Shown here one piece after another: positions 40,090-54,603 of a DNA stretch of 64,000 bases (position 1 is the first letter of the stretch; each line of letters starts with the position of its first letter). This stretch comes from Chrysomallon squamiferum (lineage: Eukaryota > Animalia > Mollusca). Below the pieces are notes generated by a model, which was not told the origin of the DNA, did no database searches, and was given only the letters and a program-made list of their open reading frames with translations. A program made the translations under genes and the position numbers. The stretch lies in contig CM022679.1 of NCBI GenBank assembly GCA_012295275.1, positions 9,238,001-9,302,000 of the forward strand. Direction: 5' to 3'.

Positions 40090-40445
40090 TTATGCTCCAT
40101 AAAATGGATTTAAACGTCTGTTGTAACATCCGGTTGAGCCCGGAAGTTCAAACGTGTACTGACTTCCCCCCTGGATAGAACTTCCATAAAATCCTCTTTC
40201 TCCTGCCTTCATGCAATAAATTTTTGATTCTTCCGGTACTCCGACACATCTAAAAATAAATACAAAAAAACTGTAATTAAAAAGTTAACTGTCTAAACGT
40301 TGCTGTGAATCATGATTAAATTAAATGATGGGCTTAACCATTAAAATATGTTAAAGGGAACAAGAATGACTATTTAGATGACTACATATGTTGATTTTGT
40401 TTCTTTTTCTTGAATTTAGTTGAAAAGAAATTAAGAAGAAAAAAA

Positions 40446-40493
<48 letters not shown>

Positions 40494-40806
40494 ATTGAGA
40501 ATCCTTTATACGGAATGCTTGGGACGAATTGTTTCGGATTTTGGAATATAAGAAGATAGCATGAGAATACGTCTAAATATAAATCCCATTTATTTTTCAT
40601 ATACAGCTTACACAGATAGTCTGCAGGATTTTTAAAATAATATTTTTAATAATCTTGTGCATAAAATACGGTTCGTATATACAAGTCCGAAAACTGTTAG
40701 ATATTATTATTTCTACTACTACTTATATGTATGTATTTGTGTGATTGTGTATGTGCTTGTGTGTGACATGAATGCGTTTGTGTCTGCATATATGTGGAAT
40801 ATATAT

Positions 40807-40853
<47 letters not shown>

Positions 40854-41386
40854 TATGATATTTGTATTTAACCTAATATACATTTGGATCCAGGCGAATG
40901 TTTTATTTGGCTGAGTACACACAAATGTTTGATAATAAAACGATGAAAGCAGTATTTTGAAATACATGATAAATGAAACTTAAATGTGACAGAATGGTGC
41001 AGTAAACTGTTTCAGTTATTTTTTTTTTCACTGTCTGTACCTGCAGTAATCGTCTCGACCGTCACTATCGACGTCTCGCATAAACCACGTGTTTTTGTGT
41101 CCGGGCGTGAAGCCAAGCTTCGACACGTAGCGATGGTCTTGTCCGACAGATCCAGCCAGTGCGCAGGACAGGAACTTCCTCTTGCCTCGTCCGATTACTC
41201 TGAAATTTGTTAGAAGTGACATTTTAAAACAGCTGATTTAAACGTAATAAACCACTTTCAACAGCAGCGTCCCCCAGACAGCCGGCAACTTTGGTTTGAC
41301 AGCGGTGAGCCATAAACAGAAATTAGACGCTTTGGCTGCCGGAAACATGACAGAACCAACAGTCGTGCTTTGCTATTTCGAAAATG

Positions 41387-41418
<32 letters not shown>

Positions 41419-42933
41419 AAGAATAACAGTATATAAAATATATAAATATTAACGTTTTCGGGCTTAAATGAAAGCAAATTTAATGTTAATTGGAAAAATT
41501 TGTCTGGTACGAAGCAGTTTACCATTGATGTTAATGGACGATTTGCGTTAAATATCAATATTAATGTTACTTCACTATTGTATAAACGGATAGTTTAGTG
41601 TTGTCAGTTGGAATTAAAATAAATACATACATTTCAATTTTTGAAAATTCAGATTCATTAACTATTTGATGTTTTATTTTTCTGTTAATTCTGTAATTAA
41701 TTATTTGAATATTTTTCAATAACGCCATATTGCGCAAGCTGCTTTATTTGACAAAATATTAATTTCATGTGCGCGCGTGAATTTGTTATATTCGTACATC
41801 ACTTGGAAATTTGTTCTTCATGATCTTTTTAATTCGAGGTCGAATGGCTAAAAGGTGAAAGGTAGGGTGGTAAATTGGGGAATTATTTTATTATCGGGGA
41901 CAATAGGGACGAAAGTTCATTGAACTTTAGGATACTATTATTAGGATTATTATTAATAATACTATTATTGTTGTTGTTAATGTTGTGGTTATTACTTTCA
42001 TCATCACTGCTGTCGTTTTTATTGTTTTCTTTCTTTTCGGTCTTTTATATTTAAGTTGATAAATGTTATATATATTATTATTATTATTATTGTTATTATT
42101 ATTACTATTTATTTTATTTTATTGTTTGTTTGTTTTTGTTTTGTTTGTTTTTTAGGTCTTTTTTGACTGTTCAAATCTCATTTAATCTGTCATAGTTATC
42201 ATCATCATCATCATCATCATAATCATAATCATCATTATATTATTGTTTATTTATTTATGTATATATTTCTGAGAATATATTACAAAATAGAATAATAAAG
42301 AATAAATGTTAGTTTCGAGTACATTCATTATTTGAAATAAGAGTTATTTTATTAGGAACTCGAATTGTTCATTGTTACTGACAGTGATGCACTGAAACCT
42401 CACGGGAATGGTAAACAATACGTCCGGAAACGACAGTGTTTATTTCATTAGGCGTTCAGTTATTTCTCGTTCTTTTCGGTCTCTTGTGATATTCTGAAGT
42501 GAACCGGAACTTAGAAGATTGCTCGAAGCTGGTGTTGGATTTCATACGTCAGAATTTTGGTTGTACAGAACAGGAAACAGAATTTCTCGCTTACCAGAAA
42601 AAAACATAATAATAATAATAATAATAAAATTAATAATAATAAAATTTAAAAATAAATAAATAAATAATATTAAAAACTTCAAAAATTTCTAATCACATTT
42701 TGAAAACGCAAAATAATAACAACAACAACAATAAAATAATAGTGACAACTGTAATAAATAAATAAATAATAAAATAATTTCATTAAACAGAAATTATTTT
42801 TTTCTCTTTCAAGTTAAAATGCCTTTTTCATTAATAAATATATTTTTTTATTATTTATTTATTTATTTATTATTATTTTTTTTATTAACTATAATTATAC
42901 GTAATTGAGAGAGTTACTAAATTCTAGTGGGGG

Positions 42934-42966
<33 letters not shown>

Positions 42967-43428
42967 CACTACAAACGTCTTTTAAAAAGGGATGTAATGT
43001 TCCTAAAGGCGCCATATCTCATTATCGGTAATTATTTTTCAGTGGTGAAAACAAGAACTTGTGTTTTTAATTATTTCTTCATTTGGCTGCTATCGCGTCT
43101 CCTTTGCAGTGTAAATAGCTGTCGAGAGGCCAGAGTTGTGCTCTGAGGAGATTTTAAAAAAAAACCAAAAAAAAAAAAAACACAACAATTTATGGCTAAA
43201 GTGTAGATATGTTCTAGCCGATACGATTCGATTTGGTTGACTGTTATCGCTACAACCTTTTTCGCTAATCTAAATGAGACTATAAACTAGGAACTAATGG
43301 GTGTATTGTTGTTCTTCTTCTCCTACTCCTTCCTTGTGTATTCTGAAATAGACTACATTTGTTTTCGCTTACTATGATGATATTTTCATTCTTTCTCTGG
43401 CACATTACACATAATTATACGTAGTCGT

Positions 43429-43498
<70 letters not shown>

Positions 43499-45380
43499 AC
43501 ACACATATATATATATTAAATAATTGAAATAACTCCTTCATTATCTTTAAATAGTTCAGACATTTTGATAAGATATCAGATATGTTAACTTACCTGCAGT
43601 AATCATTAGCTGCACCTGTTCCTTGCACATCGGCCCAGCCCTGGAACAAATCTGGGTCACCTAAATCTATGACGTCATAGCGTCTTTGTGGAATATCGCT
43701 GGTTGACAAGGAAACAACTTCCACATTGTACTGGTCGCTATCTCCAACTTCAGACTCTATTGGTGCTAAACTTGCTGGATGCGAATGGTGATAATTTGGA
43801 GCTGACTGCACGTGTAATGAATTCTCAACAAACTGTATTTTGCCACGCCCTGAAATAGGTGGGGAAAAAAAAAAAATATATATATATATAATAATAATAA
43901 ATTAATAAATTAATTAAAATTATTATTTTAATAACCATAATAGACAAGTTATGTAAGTAACAAACGAAATTTGTAAAACATTAGAATATTTCGGGATTCC
44001 ATTATTGTCCTAAAATAAGAAATTACATATAGATATAGATAGATAGATAGATAGATATTAATAACAATAATAGACGTCAAATTAACTAATGAAATCTGTA
44101 CAACGTTAGAAAACTTTGAGAATCCATTCAGATGCAAATCCCAGTTTTAATTTCTAATATTACATGTTCTATATTTGGATCCACTGATCTGAATTCTAGT
44201 TTATGTAGCCTCACTTTTTTTGCATGTTCACCAGATACATATATTGTTTTTTTTTCTTCGCAGATTTAATATGGACGTTATCTGAGAATACCATCTGTTG
44301 ATAACTAATTTAAGGAAAATGTTCTCTTCGTGTTAAATCAATCACTGCAGCACTATTCTTAACAGTACTTTACTGGTCAAAAGTATTCCTGAATCCAACT
44401 GATAAGAAAATCGCATTTGCTTCAAATCAATCAATACTTCTGAAAACAGCACGAATTAACAGCGGTAGATTATATAACAACATTAAAAAAGAAAAACAAC
44501 AACAACAACAACAACAAAAAAAAAAATAAAACAAAACAAAAAAAATCAAAACCCGTTAACTCAAAATAATAAAATAAGAAAAACATAAACTATGATCTGA
44601 TACATATTAATCCGTAATAAATTTAGATACCCTGTTACTGTAAATTAAACTGTGTGCCAGGGTTCACTGGGCAAATATTTACACCCTTTGGATTTAGACT
44701 GACGAAATACAGTGCTAACCCTGTGCACACCTGTATAACCACACCTTGCTTTTCTGTGTATTGGAAAACGTCTAGAAATTTACCATGTGAGAGACAGGTT
44801 GAAAAAACAGTGGGGTTTCCTGGAGATATACAAAGATTCCTGTTACGTGCACTGACTGCCTCAACAAACCTTCAGCGGTGCAGCACAACATCCACATAAA
44901 GTTTCCAGTCATGATAGAGAATGATCTATGATGTTAAGTATTGGCAACACGAAACTGCAAACTGTGCTACTGTAGAGTGTTAGCATAATGTCTTTTAGAA
45001 TTAAATATTTTGTACAGTCGTCTGTGCTGTTCTTATATCCACACACACACACATACACACACACAAATGCACGAATGTGTGAATGAAACAGTAAAGCTAT
45101 GAAAGCAGTGATTTACAAGAAAAAAATACCAAAACACATTAACTTAAATTCCAGACTTCTGTCAGAAAGAACTGAAAAACTGGTTTTGTTTTTCACATTA
45201 AGAGATTAACTTAAGTGAAAAAAGTGTGTATAAAGCAGTCAGTATAGAAATATGTATTTCATAATATCTCGGACACCTCTGAAAAACATTACACTTTTCT
45301 GAAATAAAATAAAGATATTAAATCTGGATACGACTTGGGGAGGTTGATTGTTGTTGTTGTTACTGTTATTGTTATTGTTG

Positions 45381-45417
<37 letters not shown>

Positions 45418-48400
45418 CGAAGAACTACAACTTGTCTGTGAAGAAAAATTAATGTTCCTTTTATCTTTTACTGTACATGACAGACAAGTCCAGCATTACC
45501 ACGGCTATGTGAGAAATGTTAGCTATCTCCTTTGCAATGGTCCGCACTGACCATCCATTACCGAAATGACAGACTGCACGTGAAGTATGGTTCTGGTCAG
45601 TTTGTGAGAAATTAGTGTACAGGTCATGCTATCAGTTGTCTTTGTTTCGTTCTCTGATTAGCACTGGGTGAAGCCGTGCATGTAATTATCTTTGTTAAAC
45701 TGAGACAAGGTTAGTTTGCGATAACAGCGAGCGCAAAGCGAAATAAACAGCAAAAACGTAAAAACCGTCCTCTTGTTAATTAGTGATTCTGAGATAAAAC
45801 GGGTTTGAGATAATGCAGAGTATTTCACACGGATAAAAATCTAATATGAGAAAGCATTATTAATTACTAACTATATATTAGTTAGTAAGGCACGTTCTTG
45901 CGTAAAATATATGCATGTATTTACAATATATAAACACCATACATATATCGTTCATTTATGCATCCATATATTATAGTTATCACTAAATAAAAATAGCATG
46001 TATAATTTTTTCATCGACAAGAATTACAGTTAAAAAAAAAAAAAAAAAAAATTAAAAAGAAGAAGAAGAAGAAACATCAAAGATGTCTCAATATTTTCAA
46101 AGCACTTCAAAATTTTGGTGTGAGAAAGTAATTTCCTCTCTTGTTTTCAGATTGTTTTTCTGTCATTGATCTAAATCGCACGTTTGTACAAGTTATGGAT
46201 TGTTATTTCTGAACAGGTGAAAAATATTTCTCTTTGCTTCTCAAGCCAGCAGCGTGTTGAAAGATAAACTTATCAGTCACTACACACAACGTACAAACAG
46301 TTCCAACTGATAGCCGATTATAAAATAAAGTCAACACATTTCTGATGGCAGGAATAAAGAAGAAAGAAAGAAAGAAAGAAAGAAGAAAGAAACAAATATA
46401 GGAATATTATACTTTAAAAATGACGATAACACCAAAAACAGAAACTAAAATAATAATAATAATAAAATAATTATAATAAAGATAATGCTGATGCTGATGA
46501 TGTTGATGATCATGATAGTAATGGTGACGACAATGATATCTGTTTACCTTATTTGTGTTTTTTAAATGGTTTTAGAATTTTGTAAATCTTCATAGCTCTT
46601 AACTATAAATGTGTGTATGTGTGTGTGTGTGTGTCTGTGTGTGAGAGAGAGAGAGATCGGTATTTTTCAGCAAGAGTGACTTTAAAACAATCATATTAGA
46701 TAACAAGGATTCACACAAATTAATCTAATCTTCCAAGAAGTCGTGCATAGTAAGAAAACTAACAACGCCTATTATTATATTCTATGCGAAATGACTGAAT
46801 CGAATAAGATAATGTCTTACAAAAATTTTCTGCAGCCAAGACGAAGCTGTATTTTGTTAGAAATGCATACTAAGGATAACTAAACACGAGTCTTAGTATT
46901 TGTTTATTGACAAAACAACTTCAGTCAACGGCTCCTACGTTTCAGACGAATCATTGCCGAGATGACAGAGGTTAAGAAAAGAATCAAGTGCGATTATTTT
47001 TACAACTTCCAGCTAGCAAGTAACACGTTATCTCTGTCTTCCCGATCTTCTTTCGCTGGTGGATTGGGAAAATATCCCGAACACGTCACCATGATGATCA
47101 GATTCTTGGCCGAGTTCAGATGCAAATTAAACAAATTGCAGCTTAAGTTTTAACATTCACAAGGGGCTCTCAGAATATCACGGTTGTTATTATTGTTGTT
47201 GTTGCTGCTGCTGCTGCTGCTGCTATTATTATTATTGTTATTGGTATTGTTATTACCCTTCTTCTAGACGGATTGGTAATGGGTCTTGCAAGCACTATTG
47301 CCTTGCTGAATTATATTAAAGCTATATTATTGGTTAATAATCGCCATATGAGGCTATTACAAATTAGGGCCTCAATAAAGCTCAGTCTGGCACTGTTTAA
47401 GTGTAGTTACAAAAAACACTATGTTTATATACATACACACGTAAGCAGAAAATGATGCATGAGACTGAAAATATGTTAAAACTAAATAGCAGGTATCTTC
47501 AGTCAGTCCAAAGTCTTTTTTAAAATAAATATTTTATCTTTCCAAGTTCGCCCAGTCGTGTATTAGTCATCATGGGTAATGTAAGGAATTACCCAATTTT
47601 TTTTTTTTTTTCTCTCTGGTGTTTAATGATTCTGACATGAACTTAGAAGAATTTATAAATGTTATCTCCCCGATGCGTCATCAGCTGAACTTTAAAAACA
47701 AAATGTTTGAAAAATGATCTTGATTAATCATTTGAAAGAGACATCGAGATTAAGTACTGTTGATGATGAGAGAAACCAGACTGTTCAGACAGTTATCTAA
47801 GAAAAACCAAAACGAAATAAAATAAAATAAACAATAATAATGATAATGATGATTACAAGCATAACGATTATAATATTGATGATGATGATGATGATAAATG
47901 TAAAATAAAATACGTAACATATCATTTCCATTTTGAAGAGCAAATTAAGCATAGCAGTATTTTTCATTATTTCTTTAAAAAGGGTAAACATAATTTTGCT
48001 CCCAAAATCTAGACACGACTGTGATGAAATATAAATAAAAGTCGTAACGATAACCTAAATGATTTCAAACAAACAAAAAAACTGTTACAACAATCAGTTT
48101 CCTGCTAGTTAAATGGGGAAAATGTTAAAAACTTTTGTCAATATTTTCAGCGGAAGTCTGAAAATATATAAAAATAATATTTCACTAATTACTTTAAAAA
48201 AAAAAAAAAAAAAAAAAAAAATATTCCGTTCGTTTCGTTATAAACTGAACTCCATAAATCACTTGCTGGAATATCCAGCCTCGTTAAGAATATTAACTTT
48301 CGTAACACGCAGTACGTCGTATTTTCATTTTAAAAGTTACAGTTATTATTTTGTTGCAGGGAGTTTCCAGTGAACGGTGACGGTCTGTGAGAGACGGGAT

Positions 48401-51400
48401 TCCGAGGAAATAGGTGACGCGCTGTTTAGAATGATTTAACACTCACAGACGCGTGTAATGCACATTACGGTCTGCACCGGCTGGCGAGACAGTACACATA
48501 TTTCCACGAAACGGCAACAGTCTGTTTGGATTATGAAAGACTGGCGATTTATTTGTACACGTCTCCTTTCTGGCCCAGATGTTATTATTATTATTATTAT
48601 TATTATCGCTGAAGCAAATCCGGTGCTCAAAATGGGATGGAAACTGAAAAGTACTTTTAAAAAAATTCAGAATATAATTTTTTTAAATTACAGTTTTACG
48701 TCACTGTCGGTAACAGATCCATTTGGTATGTTTTTCTTGTTTGTAATAGAACGTCCATAAAATGTCTGAGATCTTCATTTCAGCCGTGCCTTTCTAGATT
48801 GGACGAGGTGCTAAATAACGGTTTAAAAGAAGATGAGTGTGTTAATTTTGAATATTTAAAAATATTTTCTTTATGGCGGCCATAAGAAGAATGAAATTGA
48901 TTACTCTGCTTTCCTTTTCTTTCTTTTTTACTAAATGTTAACCAGATCGTCCAATAAGAATAGATCTAAAAACAATCCTTAAAAAATTAATAATAATAAT
49001 AAAAAAATAAATAAATAATAAAAAAATAATAAATAAATAAAAATAAATAAATAAATGAATGAAAACAAAAACAGCAACAAACAGAAACAACGAAAACAGT
49101 AATTAAGTAAAATAATAGTAAAGAGTTCCATTCTAAACAGTGAAGGAAGGAAGAAAGGAATTAATAATAGCAGAAATGATAACAGTAATGATGATGCATA
49201 GACCTGCTAACCTTTTCTGACTGACACACTGGTATTCATCGCGAAAATATCAAGTTTGCTATTTTCATATTATCTCGAATTATCTGAGTTTTCAAACGCC
49301 AGTAGTACAATGCCGTACGATCTGAACAGATAACAATTGTGTTAGCTGTGACTTAATAACCAGCTGTTAAGAATATTTATAAAATTTACATAAAAATATA
49401 CAGATTTATTAACTATGTGAAAATACCAACGATTACAGGGATCGTAAATAAGCTGTTGAAATAACATTAATCTTGTTTTCTAAATTCATTTCCAAAAGGT
49501 TTCTCTTTTCTAAACTCAGTACTACAACATAAACCACCAAAGGAAGACTTTTAAGAAGAAAAATAAAAAAATCAAAGAATAATAATTTTTACAATGTAAG
49601 TTCAATTTAAGCAGCCAATTTTAAAACATGTATTTATTAAAATATTGAAGAGAACAACATTAAACATGAAAAACAGTTAATTCGTTACTTTATTAGTTAT
49701 AACACCATAGCCATGATTTCAGTTAAATCGTCTATTTTACTGTCACAAACTTGAGACGAGTTGGCAAGCACTTGACTATTTCTTCTTTAAAATAAGTTGA
49801 GCAGCAATTTCAGTATTTATTAAAATACCGAAAAGAAAAATATTGAGCATGTAAAACAGTTAATTCATAACATTATTAATTATAATAACACCATAGCCGA
49901 GATTCCAGTTAAATCGTCTAGTTCACTGTCTAAACAGAAGATGAACTGGGAACCACTCGACTGTTTCTTAGACTTCATTTGAGAAGAGTTTCACAGCAAG
50001 CACTTGAAAGTTAACCCACACGTGGACAGAAGCAGCGTTTATTTGGTTATCTACAAATTGATAGTGTTTACAAAAAGATGAGCTTCTAAGAATGCGAACA
50101 GTTGCCAAAAAAACGTCACCGGGCACTCGAGATTAGCCTCCAGTTTGCGCTGTTTCAACTGGAAGATAAAATGATTGGAGCTGACAGCTTGATGTAACTA
50201 GCAGAAAACGTTTGCGAGCTTTTATGCATATCTTGTCTTTTTGTTTGATGTTAAACTCATTCTCTGTTCGTTTCGGCTGTTTCAGTGATTGGTCTTAAAG
50301 AGAACCAGATTTGGTCCGACAAGGTTTATGAGTTTGTTACGCCGAAGTCGTCGGAAAAAAAAATAAAAAAAAAAGAAAGAATACCTGACTGCTTTGCACG
50401 TGACGCCGCCTAATTACGAAATTTATAGTTTTCCTGGGATATAAAATTTAATTTTCAGCACTAGCTGTTTTCAGTCCAAAAAAGTAATTGTTTCCGGATG
50501 GATAAGGTTTTAAAATAACTTTAATTTAATTGCTCATTATCTAAACCTGCCTGCAAACTGTTTTCAGATTTATTTATTTATTTATTTATGTTTATATATA
50601 TTTTTATTATTATTATTATCTTTCTTTTTTCTTTTTTCTGCTGATGTATACAGTTCTGACGCCTTTTTAGTTAGAAACCCTGCATCTACATTAACGAGAC
50701 ATAAGAAAAATATGAAGTGATACATTATGTATACAATAATCATAACCATTATAATAAACAATGCCCAAATTTCTGGCAAACTTAATAACTTGTTAATATG
50801 ACAACAATTAAAACTCTTAACCAATACTCTGTAGCAACATATTAAAGTTTTATTCAAACTTTAGAACACATGTATGTTAATTTGAATATCAATTTCAGGA
50901 TATTTCTGTTAAGATTTCTACAAAAAGATACGCTTTTCAGTAAATGGCGTCTTAGGTAGACAGTCCATCATCATGTTAGGTTACATTAACCTTCAGTCGA
51001 GAGAATTTCCAGTCAGATATGAACTCATAGTAGTGTTTATCAAATTCAAACCCTGTGACAACGGAGCTTTGAAAATAAAGCAGCAGTACTTTCCGTTTAT
51101 CAATAACGTTTTATTTTAAATCGCAAAGTTTAATTACAAATTCGAAAGGCTATCAAATAATTTCAAGGCAAATCACATATTTATCAGTTTTAAGGGTGTC
51201 AGAATTGCCAGATGTTTTCTTTAAATTTGTTAAATCTAGTTTGTTTCCAAAATTGCTTGTAATTTTGTAAGTATCTGTGTGCGTGCATGTTGTTTGTTGT
51301 GTGTTCATGTATATGTGTGCTGTATTTTGTATGTCTGTATGTGTATGTTTGTTTTGTGTGTGTATCTGTGTCTGTACGAGTGTGTATTTATCTGTCTCTG

Positions 51401-51915
51401 AATGTCTACATCTAAAGAATGTATCTAGGTTAAGCTAATACCTATATCCGGAGTTTTTCATTTATTACATTATTCCATGACCTTTCAAACATGCATTCAA
51501 CATTTTTCATAGGGAGTTATATGATTATATATATATTTATCACAAACTTTATAATTAAAAAAAAAAATCTATGTAAATGAAAATAATCATACGTTATCGT
51601 GACTCATAGGTGTGCAATTTTCACAAAATGCATTAGAAATAAATATTTCAGAGTTCTATTAAATATTTATACCAACAGCGAAAACCGCCACAAAGAAAGC
51701 AGTGAGTTGAAAGAGGGAAAACGCATATTTTCATTTTGATATTAATCTATGAAAGACACATGTTTTTAAACGGAAATATGCTGGTTAAGGGAACGCCCAG
51801 AACAAATGCGCGTACACATGATAATGCACCAATGCTGACTGTGTATCTTTGTGGACGTTCGTGTTGTCTGTGTGTGTGTATATGTGTGTATTTTTGTAAG
51901 TGCTTTTTTTGTGGG

Positions 51916-51953
<38 letters not shown>

Positions 51954-52102
51954 TGTAGGTATGAAGACTTTTGAGTCGGAATTGTAACATGAAGCTGAAC
52001 CAGCGGGCCATTTCACTTTGAGATAATTCTTCGATATAAATCTTTTGTTGATTTAAATTTAGAATATACTAACCCATAGACTGGTATAAATTCAGGATTG
52101 TT

Positions 52103-52201
<99 letters not shown>

Positions 52202-53003
52202 CGAAGGAGAGACAAGAAGAACGTATACTGTTTGTTCTGCTATCGAGAACGCTCTTTACTAACAATCCTAATAATAAAATCAAGAGTATTATCAGTATTG
52301 CCATTTTTTTTTTCTTTCTTTCTTGGTTATCCTTGAAACAACATCTTCCTACAAAATGTAAACAATAAACAAACAAGGGCAACCATCAAAGAAAAACACC
52401 CACAACGACTGACTCACAGAAACGAGAAATTTGCCAATATTTTCCTCACTGATAATGAAGATAACCATTTTATTATCGGCGAAAAAAACCCCATAAAAAC
52501 AGTAAAAAGATCAGTTGGATGCCTACACCACGTATTTAGCCTATTTTTTCAGCAGTAATAGAGATATTGTAAATCTCGACGATGCTTTGTTTCGCTTCCA
52601 CTCAATATAGGCTTTTCCAACGTGTCAGTATTTTTTTCAACGGTGGGCAAAACTTTCTGTTACTTTTAATATTGCTGCCTCAAATCGACTGGCAAATTTC
52701 TAGCATTGTTTCCAGCAAGAAGCTGATTCCCTTACAATCTCGTAATTAACTTGGTAATGCGGCTTCACAAATAAAGAATCTTTTTTTTTTTTTTTTTTTT
52801 TTTTTTGTATATATCCTTCCTCTGTAGCATAGTATGTCATAATCCAAAGCAAATAAATAGCCCATCTTTTTTCTCACAACGACGTAACGTTTTAAAAACA
52901 AAACTTTTCCAAAACCTACTTTGCTTTGTCTTGTATTACAACAATTGTTTTATCGTGACATCCCGTATATGTAATTAACTGGAAACAGATATAGCCAAAC
53001 AGA

Positions 53004-53056
<53 letters not shown>

Positions 53057-53670
53057 ATTTAAAAAATACTATTTTTCTTTTATACGTTTAATGAATAGAT
53101 CATTATTCATGGTTTACTGAATGTTTAAATTACAACATCAGTTATTAAACCGAAAAAAAAATACTTGAATAAAATAACAATCATTCCACATGCGGTGAAC
53201 ATGCATATAATTACTGACTTACCATCAATCATGTAACATTTTGCCGTTGGAAAACTGGTGCAATCCAATTCTGACGGCCACAGAACATCGTTTCCACTCA
53301 GGACGTCATGGCATTCGTTGTAAGCAGCCTCGCACTGAACTCGGCATGGGACAGTCTGCGACTGTGTATCGGCTTCACCGTGACAAGGGGGAAAAAACAC
53401 AGAGCACACAAAATAGGTAAACACCGGACAGTTAGATGACACGGAGTTCAGAAGGGGCGAGATGGTTTCTTTTATCTTGTCCTGCGTTCTGTGACCGAAG
53501 ATGTTCGGAAGAGACGTCGTATTGACGGTTTCGCGACAAGCCGAAATTGACGTTGCTTCACATTTTGTTACGACGGTGTGCCTGGCTTCTGCGAGTAGGA
53601 AGAAAAACAACAAAAACCACAAATATCGTTTGACATACTGTGTCAAGCACAAGAAACTTTCTTCACTCAT
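40090..53670 (-). CDS. Secreted Frizzled-CRD protein with two C-terminal FG-GAP/VCBS-like 'DYCR' repeats (340 aa)
   Basis: Exons 53670-53223, 43849-43594, 41199-41041 and 40249-40090 total 1023 nt, in frame, with canonical GT-AG sites. Exon 1 holds a hydrophobic signal (YLWFLLFFFLLAEA) and a 10-Cys Fz CRD (TSLPNIFGHRTQ, FVCSVFFPPC, PCRVQCE, WPSELDCTSFP). The C-terminus has WADVQGTGAANDYCRVIG and MRDVDSDGRDDYCRCVG. No transmembrane segment is visible. Confidence 0.88.
49631..49968. repeat. Diverged tandem duplication (~184-bp period, 2 copies plus a fragment)
   Basis: TATTTATTAAAATA...AAACAGTTAATTC...AACACCATAGCC..GATT.CAGTTAAATCGTCTA...CACT.GACT.TTTCTT at ~49631 and ~49815. Confidence 0.85.
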
Positions 53671-54542
53671 CTCTATCTTCGCTTTGAAATATTAACGTTG
53701 TGCTTATCTTTTTCTCCAGAGAGAACGGTTTTTTTTTATCATTTTATAAGGTAATCTCTTACACTTATACACTCCGACATTATCATCTATAAATGTCTTA
53801 TGTATCTATCTTTTTTTAATTTTTCTTTTTTTTTATCCTTTCACTGTCTTGTTAATACTGTTATTATTTTTCTTTTTTCTTTTTTCCCCTTTCCCCGAGT
53901 ACGAGAATGTCATCTGGACATGCCACCTCCTAGAAAGGCGGTTTCGCTATCATTACTGGCCAGGTAGTAGCAGACGATGAAGTTATCTGAGCGCGCCAAC
54001 ACCAGCCAACCAGCGTCAAGCTCATCTATGGACCCTCAGTTTCCTGCCCGCGGCCTGAGGGGGATGTCAAACCAGTGCCAGACTGAAATAAACTGCCGAC
54101 TGTTTGGAATCTACTGTGGATTCTCTGGCTAGATGTTTAGGATGCAGGACACACATTGCGAGCGGCTACCTTTGAAACTCGATTCTTGGGTTTTCACACG
54201 TGTTAGCAGACGAGTTAGCGGCCAGATGGTTTAACGAGTGTCAAATTATTTGAAAGAAAGAAATCATTTATTTTCAGATGTTTTGAGATTTGACGCTTAC
54301 CGGTGAATAACAGAATAGAAAATTTACGTCTTAAATGACGGCAATAAAGCGTGAAAAAAAAAAAAAAAAAAATAATAATAATAAAATAAATAATAATAAA
54401 ATAAATAAATAAATACAAAATAATAATAATAATTCTGTATTGAATTTGAGAACTGTTTTTATTATTTTTATAAACTGTAATAAATAAGACGTAAGTACAA
54501 GAAATGTTTCACTTTATAAATCGATATATTCATAAATACATT

Positions 54543-54603
<61 letters not shown>

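Noticed and set aside
53125-53670. Calling the CRD gene a Frizzled receptor or canonical sFRP
   Set aside because: There are no 7TM exons and no netrin domain; the spliced frame ends at 40090 after the DYCR repeats.
53682-54177. TCF/LEF-like CTTTGAA sites upstream of the Fz-CRD gene (Wnt feedback), and scattered kB-like motifs elsewhere
   Set aside because: These short motifs are expected by chance and cannot be supported without conservation data.
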